From Picochlorum sp. SENEW3 (lineage: Eukaryota): a DNA stretch of 64,000 nt. The position numbers were made by a program, and so were the translations under genes. Where the stretch lies: assembly GCA_034226945.1 (NCBI GenBank), contig CP120462.1:186001-250000 (forward strand), written 5' to 3'. Under the pieces are notes generated by a model that was given only the letters and a program-made list of their open reading frames with translations, did not search any database and was not told the origin of the DNA. Shown here one piece after another: positions 35,978 through 46,757 of this stretch (position 1 is its first letter; each line of letters starts with the position of its first letter).

Positions 35978-37168
35978 TTAATTGTTGTTGTAACGGGCGC
36001 TCTTGGCAACTTCGAAGAAGTGGGCGACATTTTCTTCAGGGGTTCCTAACTGGATACCGTGTCCCAGGTTCATGATGTGTCTGACGCCCTCGTCTTCCGC
36101 AGTCTTGATAGTCTCCAAAACCTTCTTGGTGATGGTATCCTTGTCGCCGAACAGAATACCGGCATCCATATTTCCTTGATATGCAAATTGCTTTCCTGCT
36201 CTGTTGATTCCTTCGCTCATATCCACGGTGTGGCACAAAGAAAGGACATCAGGATCACATTCTGCCATGCGTTCAATCAATGCTCCACTGTTGGAGATGT
36301 AGAGGATGATTGGAAGATCAGGGCACTGTTTCTTTGCTTCCTTGATGATATACTTGAGGTATGGACCAGAGAAGACGTCAAAGTCTTTTGGAGCCAGCTG
36401 TGCAGCCCATGAATCGAAAATTTGGACAGCCTGTGCTCCATTGTCCGCCTGGTATTTGATGTAGGTAACTACAGCATCTGCGAGCTTCTGCAAGAGACCG
36501 TGGAGTACGTCTGGCTGGCTGAACATCAATGCTTTGATGTGGGTGTAATTCTTGGACATTCCTCCCTCGACAATGTATGTGGCCAATGTGAATGGTGCCC
36601 CAACAAATCCAAGAACAGTGGACTGTCCTCCTCCCATCTCTTCTCTCAATCTGCGCAGAGCTTCTCCGACGTAAGGAACACAGTCATCTGGAATCAGGTC
36701 AGTCACTGCATCCACCTGGCTTTGAGTTCTAATAGGATCGTGGATGACTGGACCTTTACCGGCAACAATATCGAAAGGAATATTCATTCCTGTGATTGGC
36801 GTCAAGATGTCTGAGAACAAGATGACTCCGTCTGGCTGGAACGCTCTCCATGGCTGCAATGACACCTCCACCGCAAGATCAGCATTCTCAGATCTCTCTC
36901 TGAATGTCTTATGAACCTTGCACATGTCTTGGTATACCTTCATGTACCGTCCGGCCTGACGCATCATCCACACGGGTGGGCGTTCCACCTTCTCCCCTTT
37001 GAGTGCCCTCAAAAGGAGCGGGTCCTTCTGAGAAGATGCCTCATTCTTGTTTGTATTCGTCTCAAGCTCCTGTGCTGCCTTGCAGAGTACGTTGAATCGT
37101 CGTGTGGAGGGTGCTACTGTGACATTCGTGGTCTTTGGACCAGCAGTAGCGCACGTCAGTGACTGCAT
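35978..37168 (-). CDS. HEME: Uroporphyrinogen decarboxylase, plastid
   Basis: RPPVWMMRQAGRY, ILFSDIL, LGFVGAPFTLATY, QIFDSW, HIMNLGHGI. Confidence 0.97.
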   Translation of the reverse strand: MQSLTCATAGPKTTNVTVAPSTRRFNVLCKAAQELETNTNKNEASSQKDPLLLRALKGEKVERPPVWMMRQAGRYMKVYQDMCKVHKTFRERSENADLAVEVSLQPWRAFQPDGVILFSDILTPITGMNIPFDIVAGKGPVIHDPIRTQSQVDAVTDLIPDDCVPYVGEALRRLREEMGGGQSTVLGFVGAPFTLATYIVEGGMSKNYTHIKALMFSQPDVLHGLLQKLADAVVTYIKYQADNGAQAVQIFDSWAAQLAPKDFDVFSGPYLKYIIKEAKKQCPDLPIILYISNSGALIERMAECDPDVLSLCHTVDMSEGINRAGKQFAYQGNMDAGILFGDKDTITKKVLETIKTAEDEGVRHIMNLGHGIQLGTPEENVAHFFEVAKSARYNNN

Positions 37169-37659
37169 TGTATGTAGATACAATTATTATATAAAATATA
37201 TCAATAATCTGAATTTTTATACCAGATTCGCCGCAATGGGTTGACAGTTGACACGTTTCACTTGAATTGTATCATCTGGATAAGATCCTGATGGCCATGG
37301 ATGCATGCATCTGATCAGGTGGTGTTCAGATCTGTTCCTGCATGCAAATTCTCGATAGAGAGGCAACTAAGCTTGGGTTTTTGTGACAGGAATTCTGGAT
37401 GCTTTCTAACACTCGCCGGGTATCTGAGGAGCTGAGGAAGGGCACTTGATGAAGTGATGGAGAAAAGTGTCATGCACATTTGGAGCACAGCTGTGCAACA
37501 AGCTGTAGTATGTCACGTCTGATCGACATCAAGATGAAAAGAGGTGGCGCAGTCAAAATAGTCGCACGGAATGAAAGACATATTCTCTCCATTCCGTTAG
37601 TACAGGGTCTTAATTGAGAATTCAAAACTTTTCAATCTTTTAGTTCCTTAATAAAAGAG

Positions 37660-37747
37660 TGACCCGCCTAGGGATTGAACCTAGAACCTTAAGATGTTAC
37701 CATGATTGCATTGGAATCTTACGCGCTACCGATTGCGCCAGCGAGCC
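37660..37747 (-). tRNA. tRNA-Trp(CCA) with a 15-nt canonical 37/38 intron
   Basis: Reverse complement GGCTCGC TG GCGC AATCGGTA GCGC G TAAGA TTCCAA [TGCAATCATGGTAAC] A TCTTA AGGTT CTAGG TTCAATC CCTAG GCGGGTC A folds into a cloverleaf. Confidence 0.95.
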
Positions 37748-38457
37748 TGACGGTGCCAACGTTTAACGTTGCACATTGCAAATTTGAATTTTTGGCCCAA
37801 TATGATCATGTCAAAAGCCCCAGATCGCCTTTCCGACCTCCGTCGTCCATCAAACCAATCCAATATTGACGTTGTACGCACACACTTTTTTTCCTTGTGC
37901 TTTCTTATGATGCTCTCCATGGCCGCCTTCAATCATGAACATACAGAGCTATGGGTGGCGTCTTGGGGACACACAAATTGCTCACAAACCCTCTAGCCCT
38001 GTAGACTTGTCCTCCTGGTGAGGCGCTGCCCTGCACGACAGGGCGCATCAACTCTCAGAACAACAGGGGGATGATGAACTTCATCATGAGTCATCGTCGC
38101 CCTTCGAAATTCGGAGCGCCTCCAAACACCTCAGTGAGGTGGCCAATGGGACTTGCAAGTCCAGGAAACGGACATCAGACCCGGCACATTTCAACATTTT
38201 GAAATTTCCTGAAGTTCCTCAATCCTTGATATTCTCTCCCACATCCATTGTCAGTACTACTAAGTAATCATTTTTCACTTGTTTCACACACGTTCATACG
38301 CTATATATATAGCCGTGGCCTCTTGCCTTCTCTCCGTTTGGTGTGAGGACCGGAGCTGGAAACAGAGCCTGGTATCACTTTTTTTCGGGTCTTCTGATGA
38401 AAGTGTGAGGCATATAATCTATTGTGTGGCATTAGTTTTACGCAGAAGGGTCCCGAC

Positions 38458-39738
38458 ATGGTCTCTACAACTATCAAGAAGAGAAAGTTTGACCGTTGCG
38501 ACGCTGTTGTCGATCGTATCTTTGGCCCTGGGCTCATCCAGTCGAGAATATTGGAGCATCTTAGTAATGTGTTTTGTTTGAAAGAGGTTCAGGCGTGCGT
38601 GAGCCTGCATGCTCTTGGATTTTTGAGCACCAAAGACCTGAAGCAACACTTGAAAAGGCATTCAAAGAGGGGTCCTTTGTTGCCTGCTTTGAGTACCTTT
38701 CCTTTGGATCGGATTGATCACTGGGAAGAAGACGGTCTGCCTGTGAGGGCTCTTTATTCTTCGGATAGAGACGATGGCTTCCCTTTGCAGGATATGATCT
38801 GGTTCATGGAACACGTGGGAGCAACAGGTGGGGATGTGGAGAGGATGTTTCAGCTGTTGGAGAGAGGGAGGCTTTCCGAGGCAAGTGAGGAATTCTGGCA
38901 TCGCTACAGATACATGGAATACGTTCCTATGGAAGTATACAAGGCGGTTCGAGCGGGGTTGGATGCGATCCACCAAATGAAGACCCTCTTTGAGACAAAG
39001 AGTGGTGAGAATGTCAGCAACGTAGACAAGAGCACGGCCTCAAATCATCGAGAAACTGTTCTAGACGGAGCATGTCAGGCAGGGTTTGATGTGGAGGATA
39101 TCAGTAGGATTCCTGACCTTGTGGACCAGGCCTCCAGCTTGTGCTGGACATCAGGGCTACATAGCGCATCAAAATATGGGCACCTGCACATTGTGAGATA
39201 TATTTTGGAGACAATGGGTGATGTGGATATGAATGCCATGGATCGTAATCGACGCACAGCATTCATGCTTGCTTGCGAAATTGGTCGTATAGATATCGTC
39301 AAGTATCTGTGTGAGACAATAGGCAATGTGGATATGAATGATAGAGATCAAGGAGGGCTAACAGCATTCATGATTGCATGTGCGTCTGATGAGGTAGACA
39401 TTGTCAAGTATCTACACGAAACAATAGGCAGTGTGGATGTGAATGACAGAGATCACAAAGGCAGGACAGCACTCATGCTCGCCTGCGTATCTATATTTAA
39501 CGCAGACCTGGCCAAGTATCTTTACGAAACAATAGGCAATGTGGATGTAAATGCCAAGGATCACAACGAGCGGACAGCATTGATACTTGCATGCAGGAAT
39601 GAATGCACAGACGCCGTCGAGTACTTGCTATCAATCGGAGAGGTGGATGTCCATAAAAGGGATGCTGATGGAAGGACAGCGGTAGATTACGCTCGTGCCT
39701 CAGGAGCCACCGACCTTGTCGACCTTTTCACGGAATAA
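38458..39738 (+). CDS. Ankyrin-repeat protein, short paralogue (about 6 repeats)
   Basis: TAFMLAC..G.IDIVKYL..TIGNVDMN repeats; N-terminal domain nearly identical to 43620-46364. Confidence 0.9.
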   Translation: MVSTTIKKRKFDRCDAVVDRIFGPGLIQSRILEHLSNVFCLKEVQACVSLHALGFLSTKDLKQHLKRHSKRGPLLPALSTFPLDRIDHWEEDGLPVRALYSSDRDDGFPLQDMIWFMEHVGATGGDVERMFQLLERGRLSEASEEFWHRYRYMEYVPMEVYKAVRAGLDAIHQMKTLFETKSGENVSNVDKSTASNHRETVLDGACQAGFDVEDISRIPDLVDQASSLCWTSGLHSASKYGHLHIVRYILETMGDVDMNAMDRNRRTAFMLACEIGRIDIVKYLCETIGNVDMNDRDQGGLTAFMIACASDEVDIVKYLHETIGSVDVNDRDHKGRTALMLACVSIFNADLAKYLYETIGNVDVNAKDHNERTALILACRNECTDAVEYLLSIGEVDVHKRDADGRTAVDYARASGATDLVDLFTE

Positions 39739-39812
39739 TACGACCTGGGTGAAATGCTGCCATGCAGGAAATAGTTCAGGGATTCCAATCCACATGACTC
39801 AGTGAGTCATGG

Positions 39813-40131
39813 ATGCTGGAGCAGCTGGAATGGCAGGCTGATCATGGCCAATGTACCTCCCAAAAACACATATTCCAAATTAGTATGAGTAAGATACGAT
39901 ATGAACAACAGCAAGATGCTGTAAAAACCATCATAGAGCGGGGATGTCGGTGCAAAGAAGACGCGAGTCGGCATGGCCTACTGGATACGCCAAAGCGAGT
40001 AGCACAAGCTTGGAGGTCCATGGCTGCTGGAGACGGATCAATAGAACATGCATCTGATATTATTAAGAATGCCCTCTTTTTTGAGCCCATTCTGACGACA
40101 TCGCCGCACTGCGGTTTTGTGCTGGTCAAGG
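39813..40131 (+). pseudogene. GTP cyclohydrolase I 5' fragment
   Basis: Matches 46439-46757, diverges after gctggtcaagg and stops at 40139. Confidence 0.9.
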
Positions 40132-40750
40132 CCTTTTGAAAGGCCTGAAATTTCAGGCCTTTGTATTCTGTCACATCAGCTAGCCACTCCCCATTGGCAG
40201 ACTTTTTTAGCCTGGAATGCATCTACCCGCTACCTTAGGCCTCGTTCATCGACAGTGATGATAATTGGTAGGCATCCCGACACGAGTTGCATGCCTGATA
40301 CCTTTTGCCAGGTTCGGACTGCTCAATTCTCTCATTCCCGATGAATGCCGCTGTTTGCAATCATTCTTCGTCGTTCAATTCAATCGACATGGCTTGTTTG
40401 GACATCGAATTCTAGTAAGGCGAAAACTGTCATTCCCAAACAGTCAAAATCTCATCCCTCTAAGCAAACTTACAGAAAACGATCCATGTTGAAACACTAA
40501 GGACATATTATGTTAAACATCTTTAATAAAGAGAATCTACTGGATAGATTTATAAGACTTAGGTTTCATCAATACCCTATTTCGTACATCGATCGACCGG
40601 TGGATGGATGGATTCCATATATCTCAGCTGACCAACCTGAAGCTGCAGGCTCCGGCTCATATGTACATATATATATACGTGGATGCCCATGTGGCGGGCT
40701 GTCAGTCAGTCGGAATGCACCACAGGGCAATTATTTATTTCTTGATTTAT

Positions 40751-42346
40751 TCATTCATTGTAAGACCAGTGTCTTTTCAGACATACCCCGGTCCAGGCAA
40801 TGGTAAGGATACTTACTCCTGCATAGACGGAGTATACAATCGCCATATTGTTAAGTTTGCACCCAGACACAAAGTATGTGTGACCAAAAAATGCGCAAGA
40901 CTCCGTCAGGTTTCCCTGGCATGTCTCGTGCCCGTTAGCAGAAAAGCCATACGGGTCTTCTTTTCGCCCGCCAGGAGCACAATATGGTGGGGTAGAACCC
41001 GAGGTAGATGTTATGTACGTTGCTGCGCCAATGACGATGGGTCCAGCGCCCGATCCAGCATAATGAACAATGTAGAACAGTGATTGATAGCTTGCCATTC
41101 TACCTGCTGTGATTTCAGCGTACTGAGATATTTTTTTCGAGAATATAGCCTCAGAAGAGGTGAAATAAAATGCTAAACCGAATCCCATGCACCCTACAGC
41201 AGTGTAATACAGTGCTTCCGGTGGAGTACTGTCTGGCCCATGGTATGGAATCACAAGCAAGTATGCACATGTGATGAATACCTGCGACGTGATAACAAGC
41301 TGCCGCTCGTCAAAAAATTTTGGAGCAAATTTAATACCGACTTTGTTCATCACATTTCCTATTATAGAAGTCAGCGACGCTATCCAGACTTTCCACATTC
41401 CCGTCTGGGTTGTAACACCGTGGAACTGAGCAGAAAAGACCGCAAAGACATTGCAGAAAAAGGCACTGATAAGAAAACCACAAAAAAATACAACAATGAG
41501 CCATGAAATGAGGCAGTCTCGAAATTTTTGTCTGACAAGTTTGTCATTTGTCACCTCACAATCATTTGAATACTGATCAGTCATGGCACAATCAACATCA
41601 TCATCATCATCATCATCATCATCTCCATTCAGAGTTACTACCAAGTGTCCATTCAATGATGATGGATCCTCAAACATGACAAAAAAAGACAAAATCACCA
41701 CAACCGTGACAAGAGTGGCGATCCAGCCAGATATTGTGTACCAATTAAAAATTTTCTCGCTTGTGGGTGAGCCACTTCCTACTTCTGGCAGGAAAAGAAA
41801 AATAAAACCAACCATTGGTCCAATCGCCGATGCAACAGTCTGAGACAATCTAAACGACACGATTTTACTCTGCCTCTCCTCCATTGTGGTGGTCTGAGTC
41901 AAGTAAGATGCACCAAGAGCAGTGGTTGCCGATCCAAATCCAGCAATGGATCGCCCCAACAGGATCAACCACCACGCATCGGCCAGGAAACTGAACGCAT
42001 ACATCAGATTGCCAAACAAATTCAGGACAAGGCCACCCATAAACAGAAGTTTGAAGGTAGAAGTGCAGTCACTCAGGTATCCAACTATTGGGGTCCCCAG
42101 CAGGGCAAAGAGCTCGTATGAGGCAAAAACGATTCCATATGCGCGTGGAGGTCCCTGGAGCACATGGTAGAACGTCTGGAGGGACATGAGGGCCATTGAG
42201 AAATCGATCGTGAGACCAAATGCCAGGAGTATCACCGCGAGATACGAGGAGCGTTTCGCTCTGTCCTGACCAGTACACACTGCGTTTGAGCTGCTCTCGC
42301 AGACTTCATCATATGACACCGCAGTATTCGAGGTATCTGAAGTCAT
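40751..42346 (-). CDS. Major facilitator superfamily transporter (MFSD8-like)
   Basis: About 12 hydrophobic segments; motif A-like PIVGYLSD; LLGRSIAGFG; YLTQTTTMEER; single exon. Confidence 0.88.
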   Translation of the reverse strand: MTSDTSNTAVSYDEVCESSSNAVCTGQDRAKRSSYLAVILLAFGLTIDFSMALMSLQTFYHVLQGPPRAYGIVFASYELFALLGTPIVGYLSDCTSTFKLLFMGGLVLNLFGNLMYAFSFLADAWWLILLGRSIAGFGSATTALGASYLTQTTTMEERQSKIVSFRLSQTVASAIGPMVGFIFLFLPEVGSGSPTSEKIFNWYTISGWIATLVTVVVILSFFVMFEDPSSLNGHLVVTLNGDDDDDDDDDVDCAMTDQYSNDCEVTNDKLVRQKFRDCLISWLIVVFFCGFLISAFFCNVFAVFSAQFHGVTTQTGMWKVWIASLTSIIGNVMNKVGIKFAPKFFDERQLVITSQVFITCAYLLVIPYHGPDSTPPEALYYTAVGCMGFGLAFYFTSSEAIFSKKISQYAEITAGRMASYQSLFYIVHYAGSGAGPIVIGAATYITSTSGSTPPYCAPGGRKEDPYGFSANGHETCQGNLTESCAFFGHTYFVSGCKLNNMAIVYSVYAGVSILTIAWTGVCLKRHWSYNE

Positions 42347-42935
42347 TGTAACCGCAAACACACAGCCACCCACCAAACGACGTCAGGGCCGGGTTTCGTT
42401 GGCGCAACTTGTTTGTCGCCGCAGTACCGGTGCGTATTCACATCCACACAGCTAATGCTGTGAAATACATTACTGCCATTGGTAGAGAAACGACAAAAAG
42501 TCACGGCAAATAAAAAGGCTGGATCAATGGCAAAGGTGGGCACAGGAAGAAAAGAAGATTGGAAGTGCTTCGTTGTGGGTGGAGGCGCGTTCGTACGTCC
42601 GGACGGGATCCCGAGTGAGGCACCAATAAAGGATATATCGAAGGCTACCTCGGCTCATGGAGTGGCTCAAAAGTGTGTATGCATGCATGATTTTACATCA
42701 ATACACCTTGACCAGGTCGCCTCTTGATCACGCGGGGTACAAGCGTATGAAGCAAGAAACAGCTCAGAAGGTGAAGGCAATCGATCTGCTCAGGACTGAC
42801 CACTCAGTGGTCAGGTGGCAAAATTTCGCTACTTTAGAGTACTGGGCCTGAGAAAAAAACTGGTGGTGGTCGCTTGAAAAGACGGAACCAGTGAAACAAA
42901 TTCATTCAGTCGAGAATGATGAGAACAGAAGACGA

Positions 42936-43152
42936 AAAAAAGACGTGGCAAAAGTCCACATTCCAGCACATGTGCGAGTATCAGGTGGAGATGTTTTCCA
43001 AGCGACTTCAGGTACAAGAGCGCCTGACGCAACAAATAGCTGATGGTATCTGGGGTTGTCTTGGAGATGATCACATGGTGAAGGAAATCATGGTGGTCTG
43101 CCAGCACATGTGTATGATTGCACGAGGGGTGCAGCAACATTGCACATCAACC
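42936..43152 (+). pseudogene. GTP cyclohydrolase I 3' fragment
   Basis: Matches 47581-47803 with one substitution and a 6-bp deletion; ends at the duplication junction. Confidence 0.9.
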
Positions 43153-46100
43153 CTCTAGCCCTGTAGACTTGTCCTCCTGGTGAGGCGCTGCCCTGCACGA
43201 CAGGGCGCATCAACTCTCAGAACAACAGGGGGATGATGAACTTCATCATGAGTCATCGTCGCCCTTCGAAATTCGGAGCGCCTCCAAACACCTCAGTGAG
43301 GTGGCCAATGGGACTTGCAAGGCCAGGAAACGGACATCAGACCCGGCGCATTTCAAAATTTTGAAATTTCCTGAAGTTCCTCAATCCTTGATATTCTCTC
43401 CCACATCCATTGTCAGTACTACTAAGTAATCATTTTTCACTTGTTTCACACACGTACATACGCTATATATATAGCCGTGGCCTCTTGCCTTCTTTCCGTT
43501 TGGTGTGAGGACCGGAGCTGGAAACAGAGCCTGGTATCACTTTTTTTCGGGTCTTCTGATGAAAGTGTGAGGCATATAATCTATTGTGTGGCATTAGTTT
43601 TACGCAGAAGGGTCCCGACATGGTCTCTACAACTATCAAGAAGAGAAAGTTTGACCGTTGCGACGCTGTTGTCGATCGTATCTTTGGCCCTGGGCTCATC
43701 CAGTCGAGGATATTGGAGCATCTTAGTAATGTGTTTTGTTTGAAAGAGGTTCAGGCGTGCGTGAGCCTGCATGCTCTTGGATTTTTGAGCACCAAAGACC
43801 TGAAGCAACACTTGAAAAGGCATTCAAAGAGGGGTCCTTTGTTGCCTGCTTTGAGTACCTTTCCTTTGGATCGGATTGATCACTGGGAAGAAGACGGTCT
43901 GCCTGTGAGGGCTCTTTATTCTTCGGATAGAGACGATGGCTTCCCTTTGCAGGATATGATCTGGTTCATGGAACACGTGGGAGCAACAGGTGGGGATGTG
44001 GAGAGGATGTTTCAGCTGTTGGAGAGAGGGAGGCTTTCCGAGGCAAGTGAGGAATTCTGGCATCGCTACAGATACATGGAATACGTTCCTATGGAAGTAT
44101 ACAAGGCGGTTCGAGCGGGGTTGGATGCGATCCACCAAATGAAGACCCTCTTTGAGACAAAGAGTGGTGAGAATGTCAGCAACGTAGACAAGAGCACGGC
44201 CTCAAATCATCGAGAAACTGTTCTAGACGGAGCATGTCAGGCAGGGTTTGATGTGGAGGATATCAGTAGGATTCCTGACTTTGTGGACCAGGCCTCCAGC
44301 TTGTCCTGGACATCAGGGCTACATAGCGCATCAAAATATGGGCACCTGCACATTGTGAGATATATTTTGGAGACAATGGGTGATGTGGATGTGAATGCCA
44401 GGGGTCCTCTTCAACGCACAGCGTTCATGCTTGCGTGCAAATATGGTCGTGTAGACATTGTCAAGTATCTGTATGAGACAATGGGCAATGTGGATATGAA
44501 TGCCATGGATCGTAATGGATGCACAGCTTTCATGCTTGCATGCGAACAAGGTCGTATAGATATTGTCAAGTATCTGTGTGAGACAATAGGCAATGTGGAT
44601 ATGAATGCTAGGAATCGTAATGGATGCACAGCATTCATGCTTGCTTGCGAAATTGGTCGTATAGATATCGTCAAGTATTTGTGTGAGACAATAGGCAATG
44701 TGGATGTGAACGATAGAGATCAAGGAGGGCTAACAGCATTCATGCTTGCATGTCTGTCTGGTGAGGTAGACATTGTCAAGTATCTATACGAAACAATAGG
44801 CAGTGTGGATGTGAATGACAGAGATCACAAAGGCAGGACAGCATTCATGCTCGCCTGCGTATCTATATTTAACGCAGACCTGGCCAAGTATCTTTACGAA
44901 ACAATAGGCAATGTGGATGTGAATGCCAGGGATATTTATCAACAGACAGCATTCATGCTTGCTTGTAAGTATGGGCATGTAGACATCGTCAGTTATTTGC
45001 ATGAGACAATAGGCAATGTGGATATGAATGAAAGGCATAATGATGGGCAGACAGCATTCATGCTTGCTTGCAAAATCGGTCGTATAGATATTGTGAGGTA
45101 CTTGTATGAGGTAATAGGCCATGTGGATGTGAATGCCAGGGATATTTATCAACAGACAGCATTCATGATTGCGTGTGAGTATCGTCATATGGACATTGTG
45201 AGGTACTTGTATGAAACAATAAGCAATGTGGATGTGAATGCTAGTGACGATGAAGGGGGGACTCCATTCACGATTGCATGTCAATATGGTTGTACGGACA
45301 TTGTGAGGTACTTGTACGAGACAGTAGGTAACATGGACGTGAATCACAAGGATAATCGTGGCATGACGGCATTTGAGATTGTTTGCGAAATTGGCCACGA
45401 GGATATTATCGAATATTTGCAGCAGATAATAGGCAATATGGAGGCCAGGAATGGTGAGGGGCAGACAGCATTCATGATTGCATGCAAATATGGTCAAAAA
45501 GACAGTGTCAGATATTTCCATGAGACAATAGGCAATGTGGATATGAATGACAGAGATCACAAAGGCAGGACAGCATTCATGCTTGCGTGCAAGTATAACT
45601 GCACCGACATTGTCAGTTATTTGCATGAGACAATAGGCAATGTGGATATGAATGAAAGGAATAATGATGGACAGACAGCATTCATGATTGCTTGTGAAGC
45701 AGAGCATAAAACTATTGTGAGGTACTTGTATGAGGTAATAGGCCATGTGAATGTGAATGCCAGGGATATTTATCAACAGACAGCATTCATGATTGCGTGT
45801 GAGTATCGTCATATGGACATTGTGAGGTACTTGTATGAAACAATAAGCAATGTGGATGTGAATGCTAGTGATGATGAAGGGCGGACTCCATTCATGATTG
45901 CATGTGAGTATGGTTATGCGGACATTGTGAGGTACTTGTATGAGACAATAAGCAATGTGGATGTGAATGCAAAGAATCATAATCGACAGACAGCATTCAT
46001 GATTGCTTGTGAGTATGGTCATGTAGAGGTTGTCAAGTACCTCTACGAGACAATAAGCAATGTGGATGTGAACGATAGAGATCAAGGAGGGCTAACAGCA

Positions 46101-46757
46101 TTCATGCTTGCTTGTAAGTATGGGCATGTAGACATCGTCAAGTACCTCTGCGAGACAATAGGCAATGTGGATGTAAATGCCAAGGATCACAACGAGCGGA
46201 CAGCATTGATACTTGCATGCAGGAATGAATGCACAGACGCCGTCGAGTACTTGCTATCAATCGGAGAGGTGGATGTCCATAAAAGGGATGCTGATGGAAG
46301 GACAGCGGTAGATTACGCTCGTGCCTCAGGAGCCACCGACCTTGTCGACCTTTTCACAGAATAATACGACCTGGGTGAAATGCTGCCATGCAGGAAATAG
46401 TTCAGGCATTCCAATCCACATGACTCAGTGAGTCATGGATGCTGGAGCAGCTGGAATGGCAGGCTGATCATGGCCAATGTACCTCCCAAAAACACATATT
46501 CCAAATTAGTATGAGTAAAATACGATATGAACAACAGCAAGATGCTGTAAAAACCATCATAGAGCGGGGATGTCGGTGCAAAGAAGACGCGAGTCGGCAT
46601 GGCCTACTGGATACGCCAAAGCGAGTAGCACAAGCTTGGAGGTCCATGGCTGCTGGAGACGGATCAATAGAACATGCATCTGATATTATTAAGAATGCCC
46701 TCTTTTTTGAGCCCATTCTGACGACATCGCCGCACTGCGGTTTTGTGCTGGTCAAGG
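43149..46757. repeat. Tandem segmental duplication, copy 2
   Basis: Counterpart of 37987-40131; continues into the intact GCH1. Confidence 0.97.
43620..46364 (+). CDS. Ankyrin-repeat protein, long paralogue (about 20 repeats of about 35 aa)
   Basis: Uninterrupted ORF with about 105-bp repeats that are similar at the DNA level. Confidence 0.92.
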   Translation: MVSTTIKKRKFDRCDAVVDRIFGPGLIQSRILEHLSNVFCLKEVQACVSLHALGFLSTKDLKQHLKRHSKRGPLLPALSTFPLDRIDHWEEDGLPVRALYSSDRDDGFPLQDMIWFMEHVGATGGDVERMFQLLERGRLSEASEEFWHRYRYMEYVPMEVYKAVRAGLDAIHQMKTLFETKSGENVSNVDKSTASNHRETVLDGACQAGFDVEDISRIPDFVDQASSLSWTSGLHSASKYGHLHIVRYILETMGDVDVNARGPLQRTAFMLACKYGRVDIVKYLYETMGNVDMNAMDRNGCTAFMLACEQGRIDIVKYLCETIGNVDMNARNRNGCTAFMLACEIGRIDIVKYLCETIGNVDVNDRDQGGLTAFMLACLSGEVDIVKYLYETIGSVDVNDRDHKGRTAFMLACVSIFNADLAKYLYETIGNVDVNARDIYQQTAFMLACKYGHVDIVSYLHETIGNVDMNERHNDGQTAFMLACKIGRIDIVRYLYEVIGHVDVNARDIYQQTAFMIACEYRHMDIVRYLYETISNVDVNASDDEGGTPFTIACQYGCTDIVRYLYETVGNMDVNHKDNRGMTAFEIVCEIGHEDIIEYLQQIIGNMEARNGEGQTAFMIACKYGQKDSVRYFHETIGNVDMNDRDHKGRTAFMLACKYNCTDIVSYLHETIGNVDMNERNNDGQTAFMIACEAEHKTIVRYLYEVIGHVNVNARDIYQQTAFMIACEYRHMDIVRYLYETISNVDVNASDDEGRTPFMIACEYGYADIVRYLYETISNVDVNAKNHNRQTAFMIACEYGHVEVVKYLYETISNVDVNDRDQGGLTAFMLACKYGHVDIVKYLCETIGNVDVNAKDHNERTALILACRNECTDAVEYLLSIGEVDVHKRDADGRTAVDYARASGATDLVDLFTE

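Larger units (their letters stand above)
37987..40131. repeat. Tandem segmental duplication, copy 1 (matches 43149-46757 except for ankyrin repeat number)
   Basis: Near-identical sequence starting aaccctctagccctgtagac at 37987 and 43149. Confidence 0.97.

Noticed and set aside
37447..37525. TGATGA...CTGA pair as a C/D snoRNA
   Set aside because: No terminal stem adjacent to the boxes and no recognisable rRNA antisense element.
37987..38050. CTAG plus GC hairpin (gccctg/cagggc) at the duplication start as a Helitron end
   Set aside because: Hairpin spacing and A/T target context do not fit, and the duplicated sequence extends beyond CTAG.
42479..42851. Short ORFs and palindrome ctgaccact-c-agtggtcag in the inserted segment as a transposase remnant or terminus
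   Set aside because: No transposase motifs and no matching terminal repeat at the other end.
44784..46085. 433-aa antisense ORF, and similar antisense ORFs at 14718-15836, 864-1457 and 49512-50225
   Set aside because: Shadow frames of repetitive or highly biased sense genes; no independent protein features.
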